A stretch of 64,000 nucleotides of DNA from Callorhinchus milii. Its lineage: Eukaryota. The stretch's first letter is position 1; every line of letters starts with the position of its first letter. The notes beneath the pieces are model-generated. The model ran no database searches and was not told the origin of the DNA. It was given only the letters and a program-made list of their open reading frames with translations. The stretch is from the NCBI RefSeq assembly GCF_018977255.1, contig NW_024704753.1, positions 62,001 to 126,000 on the forward strand. The letters run 5' to 3'. The position numbers and the translations under genes are program-made. Shown piece by piece: positions 41,201-53,757 of the stretch.

Positions 41201-44200
41201 GCTGGACAGTCAGAGTTTCGGACCCGAGCTGGGGGTCGGGATCGGAGAGGATGGAGGGCAGTGGAGGAAGCAGGGTGATCAAACGCACGGTCGAAAAGGA
41301 GGGTCTCGAGACGGGTCTTGAAGGTGGCAAGGGAGGGGGCGAGGCGGAGGGGGTGCCGGGTGGAGTTCCAGAGGGTGGGGGCAGAGTGGCAGAAGGCCCG
41401 CCCGCCAATAGTGGAGAGAGCAAGGCAAGGGACGTGAAGCAAGCCGGAGCCTGCTGAGTAGAAGGAGCGAGCAGGATGGTAGGGTGTTAGGAGGTCACAG
41501 AGGTCGGGGGCAGGAAGACCATGGAGGGCTTTGAAGGTGAGGATCATGAGCTTGAACTGTATCCTCTGTGTGAAGGGAAGCCAGTGGAGTCAGGCGAGGA
41601 TGGGAGTGATAGGGTCGCGGAGCCTGGTGCGGGAGAGGACACGGGCTGCAGAGTTCTGGATGATCTGCAGCCTATGGAGGGAGGAGTTGGGGAGGCCGAC
41701 AAGCAATGCGGTTACATAGTCAGGCCTCGATGTAATGAAAGCATGTATGAGGTCTTGGTGGCCTCCGGTGTGCAACCATGGATGGTGATGCTGTCAGCGC
41801 CTGAGGTGAGGAGGCGCTGTCAGGAGCCAATCAGGAGAGCCTCGGTCTTGTTGACATTCAACTGAAGGAAGTTTGCTCTCATCCAGGACTTGATGTTTGA
41901 CAGACATTCTGTCAGAACAGCAGTGGTCCTGGAGTCAAGGGTGGAGGCAGCTGGGTGTCATCCGCATACATGTGGAAGTTGGCCCCACATCTGCAGATGA
42001 TGTCACCAAGAGGGACTCTGGATATCAAAGAAAGCATTGCAAGAGTTGTGGCCATACATAGCCAGAGTGCAGTGGTGAGTTTACTAATTTTGCCTCTACT
42101 TGATGACCAAGGCTCTGCAGTGTTTGTGTCCTGAGAGGAGCCTTCAGGTGTGGCCCCCTATTGACAGCCCCACACTTTGCAACTCACATAGCAAATGCAT
42201 TTCTTGACCTGTACTCCCTTGTCTCTGTACTCCCTCTACCAAGTGCTCTGAGGGTTGCTATATAAGTGCAAGTTGTTGTTGTCTCCTTTCGTGATCCCCA
42301 TGTTTTTGGTGCTGGAGCTCCTGTGTCTCCTGTGTCTCCTGGGTTGAAACTGGACCTGCACATTTCCCAATTCTAAGAACAGAATGAAAGGTCTCAAGTG
42401 CTCCTGAGTATTACAGATTTCTAACAATAATCCTTGCATTTCATATAGCGCCTCACAGTCAATAATTATCACAGTGCTCTGTACCTCACTCCAACCTTGT
42501 GCTTCACAATAGACATCTTATTCCCAGTCTCAGCTCATTGCTGTCGCTAGTGCCAAGCAGAAGTCAAGTGGTTTCCCACAGCAGGGAACTGTTCTTATTG
42601 TGTCTTGGCCAGCCAGGTCAATGTGGCATTGGCAGAGGTTTGGGAATAATAACACATTGATATAGTGCCTTTCAAGTCAGGAGGATGTCCCAATGCGCTG
42701 GAATAAGTTGCCTCAATAAGTAATGCAACCTGCTCCACTCAGTTGCAGTTAAGTGTATCGACCAGATATGAAAAGGGAAATTAGAGGTCATTCCGCCTTG
42801 AATGAAACAATAATAATAATCCTTGCATTTGATATAGCGCCTTCTCACTTCTTCGAGACACCCTAAAGCGCGTCACAGAATATACTGTAAAATGAATTGA
42901 CTTTACAAGGCTAGAAAAAGAGATTAAACATTTAACTTGCCTTGATCTGTGTCAAACACTTCCACTGTATTGACAAAGTGTGGCCGGGAGTAGAAGTTGT
43001 GGGGGCCTGGCTGCTGAAGCCCTCCCAAGCTGTAAAAGCATTTCTCCGTCATGGTACAATTTGCAAATGCCCGCCGGCTAGGAATGCTGGGGTATCGGGT
43101 CCAGCTTCGTGTTTCCAGATCCAAGGACTCAAAAGCTGTCACAGGAAGTTTACTCTGCCTTCCTCCTAACAACAAATAGAGGTTTAGGTCACTTTCCTTG
43201 CTCTGTATACTTTTTCTGGACACAAGTTTATTTCTTGGAGACCTCCTGTTATTGAATGATCTAAAACTATTCCCCAAATCTTGAGTGAAGTAAAGCACAC
43301 TTTGCCAGCTTTATGTTCTTTTAACAATTTCTGAATGTATTGTTTGAATGAACTGTGAATATATGTTACGGTGAGATTAAACTGTTATTAAATTCAGGAC
43401 AATCATATTTTGTTTTACTTCAAAGTGGACAAACGAACAGGGCTCACCAAACTCATCTACAAATCCCTTCATGCTCTGGCACCTCCCTACTTCTCACACC
43501 ATGCCAAATGTCACCTACCCCTGCTCGAAGTCAGGCTCTGTCACTGTTAAGAGCTCCGAGACTCTATCCTGCGTGAAGGGCGCGATATAAATGCAAGTTG
43601 AGTTGTTGCTGTATTGTTAGTCAGAACTGCCTGAGGTTACACATATGTTGGTATTAGCTGATGAAAGATAGTTTCATTTTAAGATAAACATGGGATATGA
43701 CTATCATTCATCATTGTTTCTGTGGCTAGCATTGCATTACCATGCATATATAGCACACAATACTTACATGACTTCAGTGTTAGATCTAGAGAGGTGATAA
43801 TAGTATTGGATACAATAATTAATGCAAACTATGCAAACTCCCTGCTTGTCAGCCTCCCCAACTCTTCCCTGCATAGGTTGCAAATCATCTAGAACTCTGC
43901 AGCCCGTGTCCTCTCCCTCACCAGGCTCTGTGACCCTATCACCCCTATCCTCTCCAGACTCCACTGGATTCCAATCACATAGAGAATACAGTTCAAGATC
44001 CTGGTCCTTACCTTCAAAGCTCTCCATGGGCTCACTCCCTCCTACGTCTGCGACCTCCTAACCTGCTCCCTCCGCTCAGCGGGCTCCAGCCTGCTTCACA
44101 TCTCCCGCCTCGCCCACCCCACTGTTGGTGGGAGAGCCTTCTGCCACTCTGCCCCTGCCCTCTGGAACTCCATCCTGCAGTCCCTCCACCTCGTCCCCTC

Positions 44201-47200
44201 CCTTGCCTCCTTCAAGACCCATTTCAAGACCCTCCTCTTTGACTGCCGTTTTGGTGACCCTCCTTCCCCCCCTGCCCTCCACCCTCCCCGATCCCAACCC
44301 CCAGCTCGGGTCCGAACCACTGACTGTCCAGTGCCTTGGGATGTCCTCTCAACATGAAAGGTGCTATACACATGTAATTTTGTTGTTGCTGTTGTTGATG
44401 GTATGCTGGCACATTTAATTAATATAATTTTGCAAGCACTCTGGACACTAATGTTGATATTATCGTTACGCTCAGTATTGATTTCCTGAATGTTAGATGT
44501 GAAAATCTGAATGAACTCTGGATCTAAAAATGGCTCGCACTGAAACAGACAGCTGTTCAGCAGCAAGAGTTGTTTTACACTCTACACCATGAGAGCAAGG
44601 GCTGGGCATTTACCTAGGACATAGATCTTATTGCCCCGCAGGAAAGCAGATGCTGCATATTGTGGAGTAGGCATCGGTGGCAGAGATTGCCATTGATCTC
44701 TGGCTGGATCATAAAGACGGACCAGTGCCTGTGGAGCTGCATCTGAGCCCATCCCTCCAAGGGCGAACACTTTGTCATCTGAAACAAAGCATAAGTATAA
44801 TCTTAGAGTTGATCAAGACAATCTGGGAATGACATTATTATAGTTGCATCAAATACTGTACTGGATCCAGGAGCCGAGCACCTCATCCCTGGCTCTTCAT
44901 CCCCCAAACCCTCAACTGTCCAGCTTCCTGTGACGTCCTCCTGATGTAAAGGTCCTATATTAATGTAATTTGTTGTACCAGTATAGTTAAGATGATTAAC
45001 AGGTAACAAATCTACATTTTAACTAGTACCACTAACATTAACTAATACCTACAACACCAACTGCATCACTCACATCCATGGTCATTCCCTCGACCTGGTG
45101 ATTATCTGGGGACGCACCATCTCGGACATCACCATCACCAATAAAGCCATTATTTCGTCTCCCTTAACTCTTTCATCCCATTCCCTGCTACTCAACCCAC
45201 TTCTATCTCCTACCGCCCCTGTAAAATAAATTGCTGCTCCCTCCCTCCGTCTTTTCCGCCCTCGAGTCATCCAAACTACTGCCGTAACGACCTCACCTCC
45301 TCAGTCACTCTCCTTCACTACTCCCTCTCTGCTACCCTAGACACACTTGCCCCATCCCTCCTGCACCGCCTTCTACTCCACAAATCCCCTTGGCACACCA
45401 GTCACCTCCACTCACTGACGTCACAAGTGAATGCCACTGAACGCACCTGCCACAAATCCAATCTTACGGTCCATCATCAGATCTGGCTGGACCACATCAA
45501 ATTCTACTGCTCCTATCTATCAATCTACCATTGCCTCAGCTAAATCGTCCTTCTACTCTAAAATTATCTGAGAGGCCAAGGAGAAGTCACAGCGACTCCA
45601 TGGGGCCCCAGAGGACCTTTTCCTCGCTCAAAACTCTGGATAACTAGTCACTGAACCCTTTTAATAATAATCCTTGCATTTGATATCACAACTTATCACA
45701 TCTTCGAGACGTTTCAAAGAGCTTCACAGAATATACTGTAAAGTGAACAGACTGTATATTTTGTGGGCGAAACATGGCAGTCAATTTTCCCTTGGAGTGA
45801 TGAGTTATCAGGAGTTTAATGTGTATTACTATTGTAGAGTGTTCAAACAAATCATTCGTATGTGAAAGGTGCCATATAAATGCAAATAGTTGTTGTTCGT
45901 GCTCAATGACAGTGCAAAAAATGGGGGGAAAAAAATTATTCAATGATCCAATTCGGCTATTTCTCAGGATCTGTATTGACTATTTATTATTAGATGTTTA
46001 ATAATCTGGAATTCATATGAATTGGTCAAAAGATGTTCAGTCTAATGAACAAATGGCATGTGTGTAGATGCTCATGTAGAAGGCCAGGTTTAATGTTCTG
46101 CTTTGTTGCTGAACTTCAAAGATCCAACTGCAGGATTCCTAAGGGTTAAAGGATATAATATCTCATTTACTTAAACGAGAGACTTGTGTCGTCTGGTTGT
46201 CAGGGTGTCTCCAAGGAAACAGGTAGTTGGGAAAGAAGAGCAATACAATAATTAGAGCTGATTTGTACTCTCCTCTGGGGGTAGCTTGACCTTTGTGTAT
46301 GCGTGGGAGGAATTGTGTCCTTCATCACAGGAAGCAAACTTTTTCTAAAAAAGCCTGGAAAAATCAGGGCTGAGAGCATTCATCTATTTTCTTTGCAGCA
46401 GAATATTATCTACAGACAATGACATAGGAAAGAATGTGAACACTGGAGAATTCCTTGCATCAAAGCATCAATTCAGTATTTCTGTAGGTCAAAGACGATG
46501 TGAAATCCACCATTTTCTAAGTGCATTCGGTCAACAAAAAGGATTAAAAATCTTTAGATTGATAGATGGATACAATCTGTGGAAAATTGGGATGGGTTTA
46601 CTCCCTGAAATTGTTACTGAGCTTATTCCTGTTCAGATGATCCATTGGGGAATAATCAGTGGAACTTAGTGAGGAGTTGTTCTGAAGCTTATGGGTGGTT
46701 AAGCTGGGGAACCAACGAATGGGCATTGGAAAATCTCTTTCTTCGAGTGAGCCTTTCATCCAGCACCCTCCCACACTGATTTTGCATTCACTCCGACTCT
46801 GTAAAGTGCTTTGAGACAAGAATGTGAAAAGCACTATAAATGTGTGAGTTGTTGTAGCATCATAAATTAATGCCCTTACTGCCAGTCCTTCTGATTCTCA
46901 ATTGATTGGAGCTGGAACAATGCCTGATTATATTGAGGGTACCTTAGAGAGTTGTTTTTGAAAAATCTGTCAAGTCTCAGTTAGGCTTTCGGGAAGAATA
47001 ATTAGAAAAGATGCAAATCAGAGAGCTCTGCCTTCCTTCTAAGCACCAGAGCTCCGTACCTGTTGCTTGCCGTTCGCAAACGCAACTGAAGTCCTTTTTC
47101 CTTTCTTTGAGATTTAGACTGTGTTTACATCTATTTACAGCTGTAGTATGTAAGTGATCCAAATTACTCAAACACACAACAGCCAAATAATAATAATAAT

Positions 47201-50012
47201 CCTTGCATTTGATATAGCGCTTTTCACTTCGGGAGAACGTCCCAAAGCGCTTCACAGAACACACTGTAAAGTGAATTGACTGTATATTTGTGGGCGAACG
47301 CGGCAGCCAATTGCGCACAGCAATGTCCCACAAACAGTCGTAGATTGAAAATGACCAATTTATTATTGTTTGGGTTTTTGGAGGGATTATTATTAGGCTC
47401 TGTGTGGAGTAAGGAAACTTGCCCAAGGTTTCGCCCTCTGCCTGGAATTGAACTCAGGTCTCTCACTTGCAAAGCGAGTGCTCTAACTACTTAGCTACAG
47501 GACTCCTAGAAGGTTTATTGCACACATTTTAAGTTTACAATAAATTTGAGCAGCATGTGACATGGCAAACATTGCTGCACATTACACTCTGCATTTAATT
47601 GTAAAGGAACTGAGACATCTTCTAAGAGCTGCATATTCCTTTCCTTTCAGAAAACCCACCCTACTGTCCTTCTCATCACAGCATCAAGCTTTCTTTTAAC
47701 AAGCCCAAGTATCCTGTCCTCAACCACCCTTAGGCGCTGTACAAATGTAATTTTGTTGTTGTTGCTGGCAACCTGTTCCAGTCATTAATTACTTTCTGGA
47801 TAACTGATTAACACCCAGGTTCCTACTTACTGCTAGGTAAACAGGGGCGTGTGGAGTAAGGTTTCGCCCTGCCCGGGAATCAAACCCGGGTCCTCTCGCT
47901 TGCGAGGTGAGTGCTCGAACCAATACACTACAGGATACATGTATACGCATTTGCACATATATGTCAGTTAAACAAGCACATAAAGTTACAACACTTGGAA
48001 TATCATCAAATATTTACATTTAGGGTGTCAGCCTGGCTCAGTTGGTCGAACCTTCTGAGTCAGTCAGAAAGTTTTGGATTCAAGCCCCACATTGCGTCTT
48101 GGGACATCCTCCTGACGTGAACAGCGCTTTACAAATGTAATTTTATATTGTATTGTATTTGAACTCACAGTTTACGTGATACTCCAAACAGTGCTGGGGT
48201 TTGCTGCATTGTTAGAGATGCTGTCCTTTGAATGTGATACTAAAGATTAAACATCTTAAAGAGTTTCACAGGTGTGAAGTGAGAGACTTGTATTTGTAGG
48301 CAAATAGGGCAATCTTTTTGTACACAGCAAAATTCCACAGTTGTGAAGTGAATGACCAATTCATCTGGGGAATTGTTAGGCAGGACATTTGAAGAAACTC
48401 TATTCTCTTTTCCAACAGTGTCATGAGCTCTCTAAAATTCACCTGAACAAGCAGATGGGATCTCAGCTTAACATTTTATCCAGGAGTCAACAAACCCAGC
48501 AATGCCGTGCTCCTCAGCACTGCACTGGAATGTCGGCCTAGAATGAAAGTCTCAACATGGGGCTTGAACTATGTCCACCTTCTGACATAGTGCTGAGATT
48601 GCTTCCAAGGAGTGCTGAGCCAGTTAGCGATCAAACTTCTATATATTTTTTAACACTTTCTGGGATACATTTTAATTTTATTAAAACTTCAAATTTTAAG
48701 TCTAAGGAAAATTAAATATTAATTTGTTACTTAAAAGTAATCTATTTAAACTCTCATATTTAATACCCAGTTTATGTTAGCCTAAATTTTACAATTTGGA
48801 GTATTTTCAAATTTAGTGCAATAATAATTATAGTCCTATCTTTAAAACAATTAATCAGTCAGTCAGTGAGTCACTCAATTAGAAAAAGTCAGAGAATCAG
48901 TTGGGAGGCTGATGTTAGTTATAGAAATGCTTTACAGCAATTTCATCAAGGCATTTCCCAATCATTTGTACAATCTGGTCAATGGCCAGACAAGTCTTTG
49001 GCAATTCTTTGCTGCCAAAGCAGATTATTTTCTGATTCCTGAGCTGTCTTACATTTCCAACGCTTTTACCAAAGCTCTTCAGGGAAACTGTGTGGCAGGA
49101 AAACAGCAGTTTTGTTTTCTGACTTCCAAGAATTGGCATGACTGCTCCCACAAGGTAGAATTAAAGGATTAAAAAGAATTTTAAGAAAAGGAATCTCAGT
49201 CCAGTGAAAAGCAAGATAAGCCCAGTGTCCTATTTCTTTAAAAGAAATTGCCATTCAGAAACCGTAATAACATTACATTGGTATTGAAGCCTATATCTGT
49301 GTAAAGACAATCCACAATTATGTGGAAGAAATTATATTTCTTGCTATCCAGCAGCCTCAATGGTTATCCATACATATCTGATGCCAAACCCAATCCAATT
49401 GTAAGGTTCAATGAAGGTTGAAACCTTCTGTTGTAAATGATCAGAATTGCCCGACGCTGAAGGCACATTCAATGAAAGTTAAATAGAGTGGTAACAATTT
49501 CAGGCAATTCCCCTCAAGATTCCTTCAATGTATGTATCTACGTCTAGTATAATAACTATGAATTCTGGCCAGCTCACTTTTGAAACCGCTTGTCGTTTCA
49601 ACCTCAAGAATGATTAATAAACATGAGGTGACTTACCTTTCTTTACAGCTGTGATTCCCATTGAAGGTTGTCCTAAAGGTGCCTTCTTCTCCCACTTTCC
49701 TTCATCCATGTTAAACACCTCGAGTGACCCCAGCGGGCTCTGCTCTTCATTCATTCCTCCAATAATGAGGAGTTGTTTGCTCAGAACCACTGCTGCTGCC
49801 CCGGCACGAGGAGTGGGCATTGGTGGGAGCCCGGTCCATTTCTGACTAACGACATCCAACATTTCAACTTTGTCCAGGGGCAATCCTGTCTCGCTACAGC
49901 CCCCCAGAACAAAGACTTGCCCATCTTGGTAAAGTGCAGTGCAGTATACACGCCGAGTAGACATTGAAGGGAATACTTCCCAATGCATCGTCTTTACAGC
50001 AGGCACTGCCAT
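38222..50012 (-). CDS. KLHDC8B: Kelch domain-containing protein 8B, complete CDS, 354 aa
   Basis: Exons 50012-49637, 44778-44614, 43165-42941 (GC donor), 39674-39573 and 38418-38222 (TAA) sum to 1065 nt. Kelch repeats with GG motifs are present. The segments GGRQSKLPVTAFE, GGLQQPGPHNFYSRPHFVNTVE, MREKRADF and GNQPSPLGSVE match KLHDC8B rather than KLHDC8A as I recall them. Confidence 0.93.
40290..40750 (+). mobile_element. Old L2 fragment containing a 58-bp inverted tail-only insertion (40360-40417)
   Basis: Decayed ILNSAA...IDFKILTLIFKSLH...LWNTL sequence. The insert is flanked by CATACA direct repeats (40354-40359 and 40418-40423). Confidence 0.75.
41138..42015 (-). mobile_element. L2 LINE 3' fragment (RT C-terminus to tail)
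   Basis: HMYADDTQ-encoding sequence at about 41950-41975, LHRLQIIQNSAARVLSRTR, ILTFKALHGL, then hairpin and (TTG)n tail. Confidence 0.9.
43825..44400 (+). mobile_element. L2 LINE 3' fragment
   Basis: Homologous to 41138-41720 in the opposite orientation, with tail ...TGTAATTTTGTTGTTGCTGTTG. Confidence 0.85.
45055..45570 (+). mobile_element. L2 ORF2 endonuclease/linker fragment
   Basis: ACTCACATCCATGGTCATTCCCTCGACCTGGTGATT encodes THIHGHSLDLVI, the APE-endonuclease TH..GH.LDL motif. The composition is C-rich like other L2 copies. Confidence 0.7.
47186..47506 (-). mobile_element. Young tRNA(Ala)-derived SINE (short subfamily)
   Basis: Full-length copy nearly identical to the other three. Confidence 0.9.
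47795..47938 (-). mobile_element. 5' half of a long-subfamily tRNA-SINE
   Basis: tRNA head followed by CCTTACTCCACACGCCCCTGTTTACCTAGCAGTAAGTAGGAACCTGGG, the module also seen at about 36560-36625 and 54322-54380. Confidence 0.7.
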
Positions 50013-50999
50013 CCCTTAAATAACTTAACTAGTAGATGCCAGTCTCACTGAGTCTCCACAGAACATGAAGTTCCATTATTCAGATATTATTCCAGAGTAT
50101 TGAAACAGCATTCGCCAAACTTGACATATGACCAATAACTCATTGGAAAGATAACTGGAAACACTGGGATTTCACTGAATCCAATCTTAACATTGATTTA
50201 AATGCAGGTTCTGGGAGGACTGTTGGTCTTCTATGTGTACGAGTCCAAGGACAAGATGCGCCAGTGGATGTCTGAGGGAGCAGGAGGAGCACAAAATCTC
50301 AATTCTGTGTTTCAACTCAAATTCTTCTCAGGCAGGTTCACCTTCGACCTTCATAACATAAGAAATAGAATAGATATCACAACTGGAATTCCTACTCTCA
50401 GACTTTACTCAGATGGATAATAATAACATTTCAATTGGACAAATTATTTGGATATCTGTGCTAAAATACCTCAGTACCTAAATACAAATAGGGTAGTACC
50501 TGAAAACATAAATCCAGAGCAAAAAATGTTAGCGATATTTTTTCTCATTTGGGAAGACACAAAAGTCTCTTTTATCCCAAAATGTTACACTTCAGCATTG
50601 TGATGATCCACTTCAAATGATTTGTCTCATCTACTTTGCCCTTTCGTCCCTAAATACTATTAAAACTAGATAGAGTAATAAAAATGGATTCCCCTTTCAT
50701 TACCACAAAGATCTATTTAGTTTATTTTAGGCTTAATCCTAGACTAAAGTTTGTTCAAATAAATATGGGTCTAAACTGACTCAAAGATAAGGTTGCTTAT
50801 TTTACGTTTCAAAAAAGTATATTTTAAAAGAAACGTTGTTGTGAAACAATGCAGTGGATTATTTTTCTGTAAATGTCTGTACACAGGTAATAAAGTTGGA
50901 GAGGAGCACTAAGAAAGTTACGCTATTTATGTAGATTAATATACCTGGCAATAACACCATTACATGTGAACATCCAGTCGGCTCCACAGCTGCAGCTCT

Positions 51000-51600
51000 G
51001 ATGTGCCAAACCGGGAGTTGGTCAGGATGTGAAGCTTACTCCTGGTTCCCAGCAAACCTGCTCGTGTCGGGCAAGTGTTCGCATTTCCATTTGAAAACTA
51101 ATTGGCTTTCTCGCAGCCTCGGCTTTGGAGACTTTGGAGAAACGCTCCTTCTCTGTGTTGCCTTTGATGGTTTGCACTTGTGGCCGTCACTGCCCTCTCC
51201 CCCCGGGATCCCCTCCCGGTACCGCCGCTGTGGCTGATCTGATCTGATGGCTTTCTCGGGTGTGGTTTTATCGGATTGCTCTCAGATTGGGTAAAGCGCT
51301 TCTTGTTCGCTGCCGCTTTGTGCGGGGATTTCCTCCCGTTACATTTCTCCTCCTCTCGGCACCTCACTCTCTCTTACATTTCCAATGACCTCGTCCTCCA
51401 GTTGGACATTCTTTCCGTTCATTTGTTTGGTTGTTTTTCTATGGATTTACTGCTGTTTCCATGTGCACTTCGCTTTCTGTCGCGTATTGATGTTGTTCAG
51501 CTTCCCCGGGAGCCAACCGACAATCACGTCACCCATTTTAACCCTTACAGCCTCTCATCCTTCCTGATTTCCCATTTATATTCAACCACTTGACGTCACC
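51000..51600 (-). promoter_or_regulatory. Probable KLHDC8B promoter and 5' non-coding exon
   Basis: Locally CpG-enriched, about 1 kb upstream of the ATG exon. Candidate donor GGA|GTAAGC at 51040/51039, CCAAT-like boxes, and a palindromic CRE TGACGTCA at 51591-51598. Confidence 0.45.
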
Positions 51601-51854
51601 GCATTAAAAGCCATAATATTTTCAGATATCTGGATTTTAGCACTATACATTCAGGATGTAAGTGAAGTATCCGACTCCTAAGCAGAAAACAGCACAAATT
51701 GAACCTTTGAACCGTCATTATGTGTTCACCCATTTAAAGGGATGGTGCACTTTATAACATTAGTGCCAGAAACCTGTGCCACACAAGTGGCATTAAGGTC
51801 AGGACAGGAGGAACATGTCATTCACATTGTCCATCCGAAAACAACTGATCACCA

Positions 51855-52265
51855 GGCGCCTTTCACCGCTAATTGGCTCCACTGGCTCCCCCTCCTATCG
51901 GATTGACTTCAAGATGTATTTAAATCCCTTCATGGTCTCACATCTCCCTATTTCTGCACCCTCCTGCACCCCCAGCCACTCACTCAGTTAACACTGAACC
52001 CCTACCATGCCACTCCACCATTAGTGGCTGACCTTTGGGCCACTCTGCTCTGAACGACTCCATCCCATAGTCTCTCTTCCTAAATCCATCCCCATCTTTA
52101 AAACTCACTTGAAGACCTTTCTTTTCAACCGGGCTTTTGGTCACTTTTCCCTCCCTCCTTTCTCAGCTCCCCCAGTCCCCTGCTCAGGCTCCCTGCTGGC
52201 TCTGTGAAGTGCTTTGAGAGGTCCCACTGACATAAAAGGTGGCGTATAAATGTAAAAAACTATTA
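51855..52265 (+). mobile_element. L2 3' fragment (old)
   Basis: CTCCACTGGCTCCCC...GATTGACTTCAAG (LHWLP...IDFK) followed by a decayed tail. Confidence 0.7.
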
Positions 52266-52972
52266 TTGTGTTGATCAAAATACAACATCCATTTAGATAA
52301 TAAACCAATGTTTCCTAATTGTCAACTTACAAGCTGAGAACAAGATCCTTCTCGTAGCGACATCACCTGAATAGCGATAACCATCAATATAGACCAATAT
52401 TGATCATTTTTCCTGCTATTCACAATCTTATTTTTGGCTGCATTACGATAACAAGGGTAAAATATGGATTAGGAACTAAAAAAAATAAGAAAACAGGATA
52501 ATCATTATGAAGTATGTAGAAATAGTGGGAGGGACTGAGTTCACACCCCCTCCTAATTCCAATATGAATGACACAACTTTGCACTCAGCGAAATTCACAA
52601 ATGATAAAGGATGTAGTTAAGATTTTACAAAGAGCAAAATATGCAACTGTAGAAATCACTGGCAAGCATGGTCCAAACCACAAAAGTGAGGATCATGTGT
52701 ACAATAACTTGCATTTATATCAGGCCTTTCATGTAGGATAGCTTCTCAAAGTGCTGTCCAGTGGTGAGGTTGGACACTGAGTAAGGGAGAAGGGAGAGGT
52801 AACCATTAGGTGCGGCAAAGTGATAGCTTTTCAGGTGAGATAAAGGGTTGATGCAGGTTCCACAGATTCAAGGCACGGCACAAAGCATGGCCACTGATTG
52901 TGATGTGAAGGGTTGGGGAACACGCAGCAGTTCCACAGTAGCTGAGTGAAGGGGACAGGCAGAGGAGGTGGG

Positions 52973-53757
52973 TGTTAGAAAAGGTTGATTTTAATATAGT
53001 TTGTAAGAAGAGCAATAGAAGAATTAATAGTGAATATATATATATTTATATATTATATACTTGTATATGCATGGCAGTAGGAAACAGGGAAGAAAGAAAC
53101 TGGTTTACTAACATTTTAGGAATTGGCAGAATAAGCCATCCTGGTACTGAAAGGCCAACGGTCAGTCAGTTGTGATGGTGAGAGATGGCATAGAACAGGC
53201 TTCAGGAAGGGCCCAAGAAATCTGCATTCCATGAGGGCACCTAAGTAAAGCTGCTGAGTACTCTGTGAACACATGCCGATCGCGTTAAATGTTTCTACCA
53301 GACAGAGACAGGCTTCGGCCTTGGAAGGGAGAAGCAAGATGTCATGTGTTGAAGAATAATGAGCAAACTTCTTTGTCTCGAAAGGGTCTGCTTATCTAGA
53401 AGATATGGGTACAAGGATGTGCAAGGGTCAAATATATTGGGTACGCGCTAAGATGCTTGACTGGAGAAGGGGGGAAGATCCCTAGGTGGAAAAAGTATAA
53501 CTACCCTGACTTTACACAAGTTAGACAGCAGATCCAGTCAGACAAAGAGGGCAGCCGAACCATCGGAGAGAAGGTGTGCTGAAACCATCGCAACTGACTG
53601 ACTGACTGCTCCAAAACTGGTAGTATAAGTTCTGTTACTTGTAGTGGCAGTATTATTTTACTAGTTTTGTATGTGTTACTTTGATTAATAAATCTCTATT
53701 ACACCTTAATTGGATTGTCGGGTCATTATTTGAACCTCAGGATCGGAAATCCCAACA
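52973..53757 (+). mobile_element. Solo LTR (785 bp) inserted in an L2 fragment
   Basis: Termini TGTT...AACA with 4-bp flanks TGGG/CGGG (a target-site duplication with one CpG-type change). GTATAA at 53495-53500 and AATAAA at 53687-53692. The host L2 (about 52705-52972) resumes at 53758. Confidence 0.75.
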
